The notes beneath the pieces were generated by a model. The model worked only from the letters and a program-made list of their open reading frames with translations, was not told the DNA's origin and did not search any database. Positions 11,891-26,655 of a DNA stretch of 64,000 bases are shown one piece after another; position 1 is the stretch's first letter; each line of letters starts with the position of its first letter. Source of the stretch: Lama glama (Eukaryota); NCBI GenBank assembly GCA_028534125.1, contig CM052817.1, positions 96,288,001 through 96,352,000 of the forward strand. Direction: 5' to 3'. Position numbers and translations under genes: made by a program.

Positions 11891-13363
11891 TTGCTCTGAT
11901 TTGTCATTCATGACAGCACAGAACTCTGCTGCATGAATTTACTTAACGCATTTAACTAATCTCCTATTTTGAGATATCATACATTGTATCACCATGGCTA
12001 TGTTTAAATACATTCTCTTCGATGCTTCTGGACTGTCCCTTCAGGGTCAAATTAGTGCAGCTGCCTCCTAACCATCCCCCTTCTTCTTTCTCCTTCTCCC
12101 CCAGGACGCATCACAACCAGACTCACAGCATCCTTTCTTTAGCCTGAAGGTATGGAAGCCCAAACTCTGAATGCTGGCATGTTCCCAGTTTGCCTTTCCA
12201 TACTCAGTTCACATCACTGCTCAGAAATAAACTTTCCACTTTAAATAGGTTGCATTTCCTTAATGCAATGAACTGTGAGTTTCTGCAATTATGCTTTAGT
12301 GTATGTAGGTCCCTCTTACAGAACGTATTCCTGTTTCTTTACTTGTCTGAATTCCATCCGTCTTCCCAGGCCACCACCAGTACTTACTGACTCCATCACG
12401 CCTTCCTTGCATCTAGTCTGTGTGGTCTCTCCCTTCTTTGCGTTGCTCTGCTCTTCCTGCATCTCACTCAAGACAGCCCCTGACTACCGACCAAGTTCCG
12501 GCTCCTACCACGCTGTAGATTACAATGTGCAATATCCTGAAGTACAGAAACCTTTTCCTCCTCTTTCTCAAAGTCCTATGCAGTTCTAGCCACAAAATAA
12601 TAAACATTCTCTAATTTAACTCTCTTGCCAAAATCAAAACTCTTGTGGAAAATGAGACAGTGTTTCAAGGGAAGAAACAGAATTATTCATAATCAAATAT
12701 TTTCATCTTCCCATATATTTTACTTGCATACTCTCTACCCACTATCCTTCCATAAATAATTTTAATTCTTAAAATTCCAACTTTTTTAAACCACCTTATA
12801 AAACACGTTGCTGATGAAATTTCTGTTGTTTCACACTTTGGCTTGTCTTAAGATAACATAATTAAGTATGACATTATTTTTAAAGGAACATTTCCTTCAG
12901 AAATTATCATAAAATCAGAATAGGGTGGTATTGAGTTATATAGATTATAGATATCATATCATAGGACTTGGAACGCTAGCAAAATCAAGAAGTCTGCCTT
13001 TCCTTGTTCCCATTTTCGGACATGAGAAATCAAGTTAAAATGGACAAAGAGGTTTCTAAGAAAGGAAAAACAATTCAAAAGGATGCAGCACCTATGTGGA
13101 TGAAGGACATGTCGAGGGCTGGAGGAAGATGCTTTCTCTCAGTGATGACACGGCTGGGAACTCTAGGCTGAGTGCTCGGCAGAAGTATGACTGCAAAAAT
13201 ACCCAAGGTGAGTCCAAAACCGCACCCCTTTGCTTTTTGATCTCAGTAACTTACATTCTCATACTAAGCCTCAGGTCTTTCTCTCGATCCCCACGTGCTT
13301 CCTGGTTGCCTGGACTCGGGATCCTTTAAAGCACCTAGGGCAGCGGGCTAAAGAGCTACTCAC

Positions 13364-13549
13364 CCTCTTCCTCGAAGAGAAGTCCCATGTGTGCATGCGC
13401 CTCGGCTTCCTTCTTTCCGCCGTCAATTTTGATGAGTTGAGCAATCTTAAAGCACCGTTCATAGAAGTGGTTTCTTACCCACTTGTCTTCAGAATTATTG
13501 AAGTAACAGGCCAGAGCATACAAGTTATTATAGACGTCTTCAAAGTATT
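13364..13549 (-). CDS. TTC29: TTC29 coding exon 4 (186 nt); gene continues past the left edge of the window
   Basis: tttttctctctttgaag|AATACTTT...GAAGAGG|gtgagt, encoding (E)YFEDVYNNLYALACYFNNSEDKWVRNHFYERCFKIAQLIKIDGGKKEAEAHAHMGLLFEEE(G), a helical TPR-like sequence. No further TTC29 exon was found in 1-13363. Confidence 0.96.
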
Positions 13550-16500
13550 CTTCAAAGAGAGAAAAACGTCATAAAATGCATTAGAAAAATGTCTGATGGC
13601 ACATCCCCTCTAAGGGCAAACCAATACTGTCACATTTATTTTCCATTTTCCCTTAAAAGTATGATTAACTTTTTAAAATGGAAATGCAAAAATTAAATTC
13701 ATGAGTTTTCACTATTAAAAATATTTATATTAATTAAAGGATGTGCACATGAGAAAAGCAACAAAAATCTTTCTGAAAAATCAGACTGTGTTAGAAATTG
13801 ATGTACTCTTTGGTTGAAACATTAGTCTTTTGTAAGACAAAAAGCAAAACCGTATCAGCAATGTGCTCAGTTCTTTTGGAAGAAATGAGTATGTGGTATC
13901 ATCAAGTACTTTTTTCCATTGAAGATATGAAAAGTATTTAGAGATTCCAGAGAAAGTAATGTTTATTAACCATGGCAAAAAGATAAATGAAGGAAGCAGA
14001 CAGAATCTGAAAATAGGAGGGAAACAAAGCATGCATGCAGCTTATAGATACCAGAAAGGATAATCAGGATGATCTGATAAGCTCATACACTTTCTAGTGC
14101 TCTTTCTGGCAATACAAGTTACTAGCAGTGTTAAGAAAAAGTGGATTTCTATGCTTATCTTTTCTGCTGAAAATACATCAACACTAGTAATCCCTCTCAC
14201 TCAGACAGTTGCTGGCTTATTTAACCCCTCTTTTTATTCCTAAAGTGGCATGAAACCTATTTGTACACAAAAAAAGTGTGTCAATATATTGTGAATCAGT
14301 CTTATAACGTTCACTGCAATCAGTCATAAACAAAAATGTATGTGTGTTAAACTATGCCTCACTCTTATAAACTTCACTCTATTGGTGAATATGAACAAAT
14401 TCATAATCTTTTTTTTTTGCATTTGTGCTGAAAGCACAGTTGTAAATGTGTAGTAGCCTCTGGATTACCCTTCCAAAGATTTTTGTTTGTTTGTTTGTAA
14501 CAATCATTATCTGTTAGAATTCACTGATTTTAATTTTTCACTACTATCAGAAGAGTCAACCTATATATTCCTGAAAGAATTACAATTATGAAAAGCATTT
14601 ATATATTGCCCACTAGTACTTCTAGAAGATTAAAATACAAAGAATCAGAAAAAATGAAGTCACGCTGAGTATGACAAAAGTTAACTTTAAAGAACTGTAT
14701 ATAAGTCACTCCAGTGTTTCAAAAGAAATTCCTAAAACCTGTATCATTTCTTTACATACACTGCTTCATAATTCCATGGGAAATTAAGATTTACCTCAAA
14801 ATAAGTTTAACATCTAAAAATTAAAGTTAAAAAAACTCTCCCTATCTCCCAGTTTTGAAGAAGCTGGGGATTCTGGAGAGCCATTCTGCTTTTAAGGTTA
14901 TTCACAATAGGCAATAGCTTCGGTGAAAAGTGGAGGGTACCCTGACTTATTTACTTGAAACAAATACTCTCATTTCAGAACTGACTTCTCCTATGCTTTC
15001 TCTCGCCATTCTGAACCTTCTGCCTAATATGAATAGAGCACTAACATCGTTTTGTAACATTTTATATTTATTCTTTCTCATATTTAGTGACTAGAGTAGT
15101 GATATTTTAAAACCTGTAAATAAAACATTTTGTATTTTCCATTTTAAAAAGTTATATAAAGATTTTAAAAAATATATCTATACAATCCTGAAATAATTTT
15201 TCTGCTTTTCAGTAATTAAACCGTAAGAGAAAAACATTTCCAAAATTTCATAAGCCAAGTTTGTGGTTTTATTTAGAATGAATTACATAAACTATTTAGA
15301 TTATATATTTAAAGACTACTTGTCAGCTAAGCTATTTTTCTATGGAAGAATTGAGTGTTTTTTCAGAGTATTAAGTATAAAGGAATATACTCAAGTTTTG
15401 AATCTCTGGATAATCCAAATATATGGCTTGTATCCTTTCTATTCTAAGCAGCCTTTTCTCCTTGTTTGTGGAACATTTCACTTCCTTGAATTGTCAGCAG
15501 GTATGTTTATAAGATGAAAATAAATTTTATTGTTGATTTATTATTTAGACCAGTATTCATTATGCTACCTAAAAAAGGAGATCTCATTATGAAATAAATT
15601 TGGAAAATGCTCCTACTAATTTCCCTCTTTCAGTGAACCACACAATACATATTAGTATATTAAAGGCTCTGATAAGTCCTGCAATAAACCAACCTGCTTA
15701 ATGTCAATGTTAATTCAGCTGGTTGTTTCTCAAACTTATTTCACCAGACAATTATTTTTGTTTTCCTTTACATAAAATGTATAAAACATCCTGTAGGACT
15801 ATGCTTGAGTAGAACATACTTTGGGTAGCTTAAATAAATGTTATTAGAAAAAAATCTGCTGCTTAACCCTTGACAACAATTTAAAGTCAAGTGTAAATAA
15901 TGTTTGAATTATCTATTGATTCGGTTACCCATTACCATTATTGCCATCTCTTCCCCTGCCCCATGGGGCATAAGGCCCTAATCATAATGTTACAGATGGT
16001 ACAGAGATGATTCACAACAATGGGAAATATCAGAAGTGTTATCAGGGACAAAGGAACACTTTAACAAACTCAAAATAATCCAAAAAGAAATGACTGGCTT
16101 ACTTTAAGCACTTCTTTGCTATAAGACAGAAAGTGATATTTTGAAAAGTAATTTAAATAACTTTAGGTTCCTGCTCTGCGAGTCTCAAGAGACAGAACTG
16201 ACCCGAGATGACCATTGTTAGTGCCATAGCTTTGATTAAATGAACTTCATTGTGACCCTAGAGTGATGGTCTTTCCAATGAGAAGCAATGAGAATGCTCA
16301 GAGATATGCTGCTCCAGGATAATTGTCTCAGATCCCACAACCATATGGGATGGAATCTTTGAGGTACCATTAACAGATTTTTATATTCCAGATTAAAAGT
16401 GTGTGTTGGGGGGGGTGTTGAGATTTAGGATAAATTCAAGTTAATAAGAGTGAATGTGCATATCCCCTATACCATTCTTAACTCAGTTCACAATTTTTCT

Positions 16501-18360
16501 CCAGTAAAGTTCATGTGTTAAATGTGAAAAATTATATATATTTAAAAAATAAGCATACAAATGTTTACATGTCCTTCAACCAAAGTATTTCCAGTAATTT
16601 TCTCTCCAATAATTTTAATTCTCCATATTTTAACCAGGCAAAAGCCACTGCATTTTGAAGGCAATAAATCTACAGAAGAGTTGTTCTGAGCAGGAAGTAA
16701 TTTTGTTCCATTTAATAAATGCAACTTTACTTACCATGAATATATGAGAAACCACTCAGTAAAGAAAATGTTTCATTACTTGTACCATGTGTATAAGATA
16801 CTGTCTGTTATAAAGTTCTGACTTTTACAATTTTTGCAATTAGGGAAACATTTTAATTTATACATATATTTACTTTTCTTTAATAAAAATGATAAATTAA
16901 AAGTTTTCTATCTTCAAATAGATTATTTAGCATTTTAGTTTATGACAATTTTCTCATATTGTGACTAGTGATGTGTTTGGCTCCTATTTATGCTACTAAA
17001 ATGAATACCTCTAAAACATTTAGTAAATCTTTATTAAAGCAACTTGAAAAAAATGACTAGTGGGCAAATTTTATCTTGATCAATTCTATTTTCAGTGTAA
17101 ATATCACTTCAGAATTTGAGGCTGATACTGAATGTCAGTTTTTTACAATAGCATTTTAAAATTTGTAACAGTTAATTTCTGGAGACATTATATCTAAATC
17201 ACATTTTAAAAATGACCAAAGGACTCTATTTTTAAAGTCAATCCTGAAGTTACTTTCCATTATACAAATAATCAAATAATTACCTCTTGTTTACACACAC
17301 ACCCACATACTCTAGCTCACTTGTGGTAGTGTTAGGATTTTTGTTATGTCTCGTATTTTTAAGTCAGCTCACAACCTGCTCAGAAATAATGTACTGACTC
17401 CACTATAGAGACTAAAAGACTTCTGCTACCCCGCTCATGCTGGTTCTACGTCTCCATCAGTTTTCCCCATTGTAGCACTGGGTAGCAAAAAAAATTGTCT
17501 AATACTCTATTTTCCCATAGAAAGGCCTGAAATGAAATAAAGACATTGTCATGTTGGGGCTTGAGCTTCTCTTTTGAATTCTGTGGTATTTTCACACAGA
17601 AAGTTGAAGAAAAGAATAACTGAGAACACCAAATTTATATGCCAAATTTAGGGATTTCCCTTATTACATAAAATGACGAATTCCGAATAGGTTAAGCTAA
17701 GAAATACTTATGACAACAATATCACTATAATTATAGTAGAGATTAAAATATTTTCTTCAATACTTGAAACATATTGACTTTCTGGAAAATTTTAGGATAC
17801 CAAAAGAATAAAAGAAATTTATTAGTGATGTGATAGAAAATATAAAGCTAACAGTTTTATTCACAATTGTGAATTGCAGGCTTTTCATGTCTCCTCACTA
17901 TTCACTAATAAAAATTCCCTGAAATCTGTAGAACTTATTGATTAAACCTTCCATTTTCATTATATAAACACTAGCAAATAAGTGTAATTTTCAAGTGATA
18001 GTACTCTTTGAAAGTATCTCCTCAGTGGAAGTCAGTATTTAGATTATATATAAAGAAAAAACTATGGTAAGGTTTATAGTGAATGAGACCAAAGATTTTA
18101 ATACAAAGGAAAGCTCTGGAGAGCTTTCATCATCTTTCCTAGCTTAGAGTGACATCACCAGGATGGCCCTGTGTCTGGGCAGCCCTGTGATTCAGTGTTC
18201 CTATCGTTTATTCCATTAAGATGCTTAGTTGATGAGGCTGAATTGTGCTAAGGTGTCTTCACGTTTTAAATTCATACAGGAAACAATTTGGAACCTTCCC
18301 TGGGGCGCTCACTGTTCTGGCTTCTGTAGCCCTGCTTCCCCAGATCCCTCCTCCACTTAC

Positions 18361-18584
18361 CTTTCCTTTCAGCTGCTTCGGCCCTGGTCAGGTAGTAGTA
18401 GAAGTGATCCAGCTTGTCAGGCTGCTCTTCCAGGGGTCTCTGCACCCACAGGAGGGACCTGACTCTCGCAGCCTCCCTCAGGGCATCCCACTTCTCCATC
18501 AGAGAGAAGAGCTCCGTAAAGGACTTGTGATAACCATCTCGCAGCATGTCCACACAGATGTTCTTCTTGTACGAGTTCCGGTAA
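18361..18584 (-). CDS. TTC29: TTC29 coding exon 3 (224 nt)
   Basis: ttattcccag|TTACCGG...GGAAAG|gtaagt, encoding [74 protein letters not shown] (inside track ORF 18272..18610). Confidence 0.97.
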
Positions 18585-18870
18585 CTGGGAATAAGAATCA
18601 GAACACTCAAAGCCTTATTTTAATCCTTGAAATCTGTGCAGCTGTTTTGATCCTATAATAATTAAAGGTTGAATCATGCTGTTTTTCTTTTTTTCCCTCA
18701 GTGAAAGCACTGAACACCATCTTTGCCTCAAACACTTATAATTGAACTTCAGTTTAATGAAAGATGCCAGGAGCTATCTAAATACAGTAATTTTAGTGAA
18801 ATTACATTATAAATATATCAGTTCCAGAGCTGAGCTCCCTTTGATAAGGACAAATAAGCTAGTTGACTGA

Positions 18871-19218
18871 TGTCTTAGTCTGGGCTGATAGAACAAAATA
18901 GCCCTGGACGGAACAGCTTATAAACAACTGAAATTTATTGCTCACAGTTCTGTGGCCTGGCAGTCCAAGATCAAGGTTCCAGGAAGGCTGCCTTCTGGTG
19001 ACCTTCCTGGTTCAGAGCCAGCACTTTCTAGTTGTGCCCTCACATACCATAAGGTGCCAGGAGGCTCTCAGGAGCCTCTTCTACAAGAGCACTAATCCCA
19101 TTTATAAGCGCCCCACCCTCATGACCTAACCACTTTCTAAAGCCCCATTTACCTACATCTTTGGGGATCAGGATGTCAGCCTATGAATTTTAAGGGACAC
19201 AACATTCAGACCACAGCA
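18871..19218. mobile_element. MaLR solo LTR (MLT1A-like)
   Basis: Starts tgtcttagtc, ends aacattcagaccacagca. 5-bp TSD actga at 18866-18870 and 19219-19223. Confidence 0.88.
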
Positions 19219-21613
19219 ACTGACAATATCCAAAAATACTTAATACATTAGCCTCCCACCAAAACAAAACAAAACAGCAAGCCAAGCAAAAATTAAACAT
19301 GTCATTTAGTATCAAAACAGTACTCTACTAAGTGGTTTCACTGTAGGTTACAGAGGTTCATTCATTCATCCACTCATTTATGCAGAAAATAATTATTGAA
19401 ATCTCTTGCCAAATATATTTTTAAAAATTATTTTCAGTTTGGATTAAGTTAATGATTTGTTAATGTAATATCTCACTTCTAACTTAATAATAAATCATAT
19501 GCAAGGAGATAAAGTGACGAATGAATAGTCCATTTATTTATTCAACAAATAGCTATTGAGTTTCCTACTGAGCGACAGGCACTGTTCTGGACCAAATAGA
19601 TTCAGTGCCCTTGTGAAGTGTGTATTCTAGTGGGAGAGCACAACCAACAAATAAGTAAACAAATCATAAATAATTTCAGCTGATGAAAATTGCTGTATAG
19701 GAGATAAGCAGGGCTATGGAATAACAGCTGTGTGGTGGCTATTATTCTACTAAGCAAATAATCAGAGGCCAAATGACACAAATGCTTTATACTAATTATT
19801 TTATGTTATTCTTTTAATAGGAGACAATTAAATATTTAGAACTGACATGATCTGATACTACTAGCAATGAGCATTTCAGTATGGACTGAAAAGCCTAGAT
19901 TCAGAACACCCAAGGTTGAGGCCAGCTCTACCTAACCTCATTTCTTCTCATCTCATTCCTTCTCATCTGTGAAACGCACATATGAGTCTATGCCCTACAT
20001 ACATCACAGGGTTCTTCTAAGAACCAACTAAAATTACATGTGTGAAAATGCTCTAAGAAATGTGACATTCTGAACTACTGGCTCTCAACTCCTGGCTCTG
20101 CAATCAACTTACCTACGGAGTTTAAAAAACAAACAAACAAAACAAAAATGGCCAAGCCCCATCCACCAAGAAGTTAAGAAGTTTTACACAGTGGATCAGC
20201 TTTGGTCTAGAACAAAATGCAGTAATAAGGAAGGGAGTTGGGAGAGGGAAGTTAAAAAAAAAAAAAGAAGGCAAGACCCAGATCATGGAGACCTCAAAGC
20301 CATGGCAGGAAGTTTGGACTCCAAGCTAGGAGTGAAGGGAGCCACAGAAGGGTCTAAGTCAAGAAAATGACTCAATGAGATTGTATTTTCAGAACCATCC
20401 CAGCTGAACTGCAATGCTCCCCTCCCTGGCAGCCGATGCAGGACACCTATTACTACAGGACTAGTCCATAAAGAGAGAAAAGAAAGCACATTCCCAGGCC
20501 AAAAAGTCAAAAGCCACCATTTTGTCAAAATGAAGACCAAAAATATTTAAAACGGAGAAGGGAGAAGCAATCGCAGATTTTTGTTTGTTTCTGCCCTCTA
20601 GCTGAGACAGAGGAGGAGGGTGGGAGAAGGGAGCGGTGAGACACTGAGAAGAGCCAGGTCCTCTCTCCCCTTCCCTCCCAAATGCCCCCCTACAAGGGTA
20701 TGGAAAGGCAGCAGAAGTTACTGCAGAGGTTTTCTCAGCTGAAGAGGATGTGAACCAGCATCCCCCACCCTGTAATTTCCCACAGACCATGGATAGTACT
20801 GGCTGAGCGCCATAATTGTCTAGTGGGCTCTGTGTGTGTGTGTGAGATAGAAGTGAACGGCAAGAGAGGGCTGGTACATGTGCCACAGTGTCACTGGCTG
20901 CAGCAAGGGGATGTGTGCTAAAAGTCTTTTGGATGCACTGCCCACTGGAGACTGAAGGGGGACCCAGCTGTAACTGCGAATAAGAGGCACTGGGGAGCTA
21001 CAGAGAGTCAGGTCAGCATACTTCCAGAGCTGACCAAAAGGGATGAATCAAGGGCATCAGGGACAGACACCTGTATAGAACCCCGTAGTCAGAAACGCAT
21101 TCAACTACAAGTAAGCAAACCTGGCTCACAATGCCTTCAAAACTAGAGTTTTCGATTTCCCACAGCACAAGACACCTCAAGGCAGGCAGCTGCTGGCCTT
21201 GATTCAGTGGCCTGGCAAGTTCAAGGCCCATGCCTCTGGGATTATTTTATCCTTCCCCTCACTGGTCACTAGAGGGCTGTCCCAGCTCCAGACATCTTGT
21301 CCACCTTCAAGGCAAGAAGAAAGGGCAGAGTCAGGTGGTATCAGCTGTGTCTTACTCTACCACTGGGGAAAACAAAAGCATTCCTGCAACTACTATTGGG
21401 TTTTCCACTTTGATCCTGTTGGTGAGAACTGTGTCATGGGGCCACCCCTGGCTGCAGGGCACACTGCCTGATCTTGGGCACACTGCTGCCCCAAATGAAA
21501 CTGGAGTTATGGTAGCAAAGAAGAGAGAAATGGATGCTAGAGAAGCAAGTTCGGTGTCTATCACAAGATCCTAGATCAAGACCTGGGAGTAAATGCTGAC
21601 AAACTCCCACTCC

Positions 21614-21785
21614 TGGGGTTGCCAGATAAATCTGAGTATCAGATAAACTACGAATGATTTTTTTAGTATTAGTATACCCCAAATATTGCATGGGAATACT
21701 TATACCAAAAAAAAAGTTTCTTATGTTTTGAAACTCAAATTGAAGTGTATGCCTTGTATTTTCATTTGTTAACCTAGTAACTCTA
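21614..21785. mobile_element. hAT-Charlie non-autonomous DNA transposon (MER3/MER33-like)
   Basis: gggttgccagataaa start, palindromic core ...cccaaatattgcatggga..., end ctagtaactcta. Confidence 0.7.
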
Positions 21786-22029
21786 TTTCCCTCTACCCAG
21801 CACCAGTGCTGTGCTGTTTCTATGCAGGAAAACAGGGTGAGGGGAAGGAGTGTTAGAATCCAGAATAACCTGAAAAATTACCGAATTGGATTGACTTTAC
21901 CTGTGAGGGACAAGATTGGATTTTTACACTGGGGAGGATCAAGGCTCAGGGCCAGGAATTAAAATTAAGTTATAAAAAAATAAAGACTTTCAATTTAGCA
22001 TCCTTGAGCTTGTGATTCTGAAATTCACA

Positions 22030-22400
22030 CCAGATCCAAGAGAATGGCTGAGAGGAGGGCAGAACTGGGAGCAGGGAGAAGGGCAGACTTATGGTCACGA
22101 AAAGGTGAGGCCACAGGGCTGAAGTAAAGGCAGTGGGGATAAGTAGAAGCAGTGGGATTTTGTACATATTTAGGAGATAAAATGTCGATTACTTGGTGAC
22201 TAATTCGATGTTGGGAGGGTGATGGAAAGGGAAGAGCTACGATGACAACCAGGTTTATGGAGTGGGTAGTTGGTAATTTACTAAAGAGGGTAACATAAAA
22301 GGATGAACAGGTTTGGGGAGCGAGAATGCGTTTGGGTTCAGATAACTTGACTTTGAGGAGCCTGAAGGGATGTCCAAGTGATACTCAAAAGGGCAGTTCA
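22030..22400 (-). mobile_element. L2 fragment
   Basis: gaaggcagactt...gatacatatttaggag...acttggtgactaatt...gatgacaaccaggttt pattern. Boundaries approximate. Confidence 0.6.
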
Positions 22401-22467
22401 AGGGGTGGTAAGGAGGTTTGAGAGGACAAGGGATTAGAAACGCAACCTTGCTTCAAACAATCACTGC

Positions 22468-22748
22468 CACATAGAGAACAAGCTTATGGTTACCAAAAGG
22501 GGGAAGGTGGGGGAAGGATAAATTAGAAATTTTAGATTAACAGATACACACTGCTGTGTATAAAATAGATAAGCAACAGGAACCTACTATGTAGCATGAG
22601 GAACTATATTCAATATCTGGTGATGCCTATAATGGAAAAGAATCTGAAAAAGAATATATATATAAATGTATAACTGAATCACTTTGCTGTATACCTGAAA
22701 CTAACACAACACTGTAAATCAACTATACTTAAATTAAAAAAAAAAAAC
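22468..22748 (+). mobile_element. L1 3' end (cetartiodactyl-type 3' UTR) with poly(A)
   Basis: catagagaacaagcttatggttaccaaa...gtaaatcaactatactt followed by an A tail. Confidence 0.85.
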
Positions 22749-24589
22749 ACCCTGTCATCTTTGTATGTCTATGCCCTGGCTGCCAGCATGTTTTCCTGTG
22801 AATGAAGGAAGCATTCTGGGGCAATAAATAAATAAATAAATCAGAACATTGATTTAAACAATAAAAATAGACACATGTCAGGGAGTCATCTCAGTTCTAA
22901 TCCTAGCTGGGACAGAGATGTAGAAAATCACTCTCTGAGCTTCATTTCCCTCACCTGGGAGATGAGGGTGCTTTGGTTGGAGCAGGTCCACCCAGCATCT
23001 AGTTTCACTTCCACAGACGGCCATATAAGCAAGTCCTTTTGGAAATAGCACATTGTGTGTCATCTTGGTGGGACTTGATTTTAAAGACTCCCTAGCCAAG
23101 GGGTGGATCAGTGACTCACATTAAGCCACTGGTGTCTCTCCCAGGATTCTGAATCTTGAGGCAAAAAATACAAAGGTGCAGAAGGTTGTTGGAGCTCTGT
23201 CAACCCCGCAGCGACATACTGACAAGAGCTGCAAATGGCTCTTGCTACCTAGATCCATTCACGTATCCCATATCCTGTGTCTGTTCTGTTCCTTCTGAGC
23301 CAGGATCTCCCCTACGTTCAGCTAGCTACCTAATATCCTTCGAATAAAACCATTTCCAGTTTATTTAGTCAGAATCAGTTTCTGCGGCCTGTGACTGAAG
23401 AATATGAAGTGATTCAGAAGGGATTAGGCTAAAATTGTATCCAAGACATCTTTCAGCCTCAAAACATCCATGATATATAACTGATATCAATTTTTAAAAT
23501 TCCTAGTACATTTTTTAAAAAGACCATTCTTTGCAAAAGAGATTTCAAATAGAAATGTATTTAAAAATGCATATATAACTATGCTGATATCATCTCTATT
23601 TTATACACACATTTGTGTGCACACACACAACACACATACATTTACGGCACTGTTTAAGCCTAATTACTAATACTTGAGAGCCGGAAAGAGCAATTAGTGT
23701 TTTACTAAATAGGTTTCTATTTCAACTTTCATGCATATTATTTCTTTAAACCAGAATAATTTTCATTTCTTCAAATGAACTGGCTATCTGAAAATAAAAA
23801 TGTATGTCAATTTCCACCATTATATGTGAATTTTTCAGGTTTTATATTTCATAACAGACAATCATAGCCAGAGCTCACTTGCTTTATAAAAAGGGATTTT
23901 TTAAAAATGCAAACAGAAATATAAAGAGGATATTCAAATGCATTATTTTATCTGTTATTCATTTAGATACGAAGTTATGGGTCTTTGGTTTTATTTACAT
24001 ATTAAAACAAATATTTATCCAAATTAAAATATGCTCTTTTTAAGCATCAGAAGAAGAAAAATATCTCCTTGATGTAAAAAAATTATACCACATGGAAATT
24101 GAGAATTCCGGTAAAATTTCTGGGAGGTTTGATACTACGGAACTTGAACAGTTCTCCTGACAGAAAAGATGCCATTCACAGATGCAGAAGCTGTGACATT
24201 CATGATATCCTGACACCTACAAATCTATGTCCTAAGGAAGATCTTTGTCACTGCAGACACCTAAGGCTGCACTGGGCTCAGGGATGCAGCTGGAGAAGAA
24301 TGGATTTGAAAGTGGAATTACGTGACCATGCATTTCTTGTGGACACTTATGACTACTTAAAGGCATCATTCAACAGAGATTTCTGAGATTGTTAATTTAT
24401 ATCAAAATTTCCCTAAAAATTCTACAGGAAAAAAAAATCTGTACACTGAAAGAAAGTAAAATTGAACAATTTGCCGTAACTCCGTAGCAGCTGAATGTGT
24501 GCAGATGCTGGGAAGTGGAAAATCTGCTGTTAAACTACCATGGAAATGTTGTATCATTTTAAAATTCTGCCTTACACTGTTTCTCATAG

Positions 24590-24815
24590 CTGCTATGTAT
24601 AGAGCACCTATGATGTGTCAGACACTGTGTAGGCACATCATTTCTAAATCACACACTAACTCTACAAATATGCTACTTCCATTTTCACAGATAAAGAAAC
24701 TGTCTTCAGTGAGGTTGTGACTTGCCCAAAGCCATTACAAGCTAGGAAGGGGCAGAGGTGGGATTCGCACCCAGGTTTCTCTGGCTGCAAATTCTAAACT
24801 TTTTCACTTTACTGT
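24590..24815 (-). mobile_element. MIR SINE
   Basis: ccattttcacagataaagaaactg...gtgacttgcccaaag...ggcagaggtgggattcgcacccagg. Confidence 0.8.
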
Positions 24816-26655
24816 ATTGCCTCCTATTATATCAAGTATTATTGATTTTTCTTCTTCTCCCCCTCCTCTACACAATTTTTTGTTTATTTGCATTGACTGT
24901 TTAGGAATTTGACATAGTTATACATTTATGGTGTCATTCTGCAATTAGAAAGCTATTTCATTGTCTTTATCCATGTTAATCCACATTTGCACTGGACTGG
25001 GGAAAGAGATCGGTGTCATTCTATGACTCTTTCAGAGAATCCTCTTCCTTTAAAATGAGGGGGCAGACAATCAGTAGCATCTGTGCAAAGCAAATTCAGT
25101 AGATGTGATTCCTACACCAGGGTTTAAAGTCTAATGGGGAAAACACTGAGAGAGATAAACACAGAAAAAGACAAAGGTACACACTTGCATAAATATGAGA
25201 AATATGAATGAATAGATATGACAATTTACCTTATTGTCTTTGTACTTACAGGTATTTATACTAGTTATTAGATGGACTTTCAAGATCAAAATGCATTATC
25301 AACTACTGTAATATAATTATAATATATAATTATATATAATCTATAATTAATTCTAACATAATTAATTGAATGATGAATATATTTAACATATTTTTTCATA
25401 GGCCAAACTGAACTACTGTATCAAGGTGAAGCTTCACATTCAGTAAAATATTTCAAAAGCAGCTCAATAAGCTCAATACTTTAAAACAAGATCATAAAAT
25501 TTTTATTTAATCTGACAAAGATAAACTCAAAAGATATGTTATATCTAATCAAAAGTCAGGATAATACTTTTATTCCATTAAGTTAATATTTATAAGTCAC
25601 TAGTGGGTTATCTGTGTGTCAGTAATAACAGTCTTACATTCATACTGTAGGGATAAATGTTATTGGAATCACCTAAGGGATAATTACATTGACTCAAATT
25701 AATACTTAAATAGCTTCAGTTAATATAATTCCCATGGAATAAAGTGAGTCACTATTCTTACCCATACTTTTCAGTGTAGGTAGATATTATGTATAATTAG
25801 AAGGAGGAAAAAAATCCTTCTTGGCACGCACACACACTGATACATAATCATATGTTATATGAGTATGTTTTACAGGTTTTTTGTGTGAAAAGGATACTTT
25901 TTTCCTAAAAAATTAACAAAGATACAGCATTTCCTTAACTATACAAATATATAAAGAGAGAGAAGTTAGAAAGGAAAAAATTAACTATGTTCGAAATGAC
26001 TTTAAAAGCATGTAGAATGCTTTTACAAAGAAAACTGAAAGCATTTTTCTTACTATTACACATTTAGGTTTTTAATAATTATTAGAGTGATTAACATGGA
26101 TTAAGAATACACTACAATCGCTCATATATTTTTACCTAATAAACCATTGGAATTGAGATTCTTAGGAATTTTACATTCTTTGGACTTCAAAATATAGCAA
26201 GAAAAGAAAGTTTCAATATTAAAAAAAAGGCTCTTTTTAAATTTAAAGGATTTCCAATGAGTTGACTGGTCTCTGGGGGCATCTACTGGAAATTTTGCAA
26301 ACTGCAGTCACATCATGTAAATTTGATAACTTTCATTACCCATTTTAATACAGATATTATTTTAATTGATATGCAAATAAGGTGACACTCAAAGAAGATA
26401 AATGTAAAGTTATGCATGGTATTCTATCTCATCCATCTGTTAACAGCAAAACATGTAGCTGTCTATGGGATCAGTTAACAAATACTCAACTGTTAAAAAT
26501 GTAAATAGGGCAGGTGGCATATCACAGATTACAGTTTTCAAAACATTCACTTCTCAGACTTGGAAAAATTGAAAATATATTCTAGGAAGAAAACACACAT
26601 ATTTAATGTGGCATTTTTATTAATCCAAATTAAATGCATATAAAAAGCACTTCCA

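Noticed and set aside
13230..13574. Plus-strand ORFs overlapping TTC29 exons (also 18245..18658)
   Set aside because: Antisense shadows of real coding exons.
14770..14785. Recurrent near-palindrome aatt(c/t)ccatgg(g/a)aatt (also ~25727 and ~47786), EBF-like
   Set aside because: Short, degenerate and widely scattered in AT-rich DNA; I cannot distinguish it from chance without conservation data.
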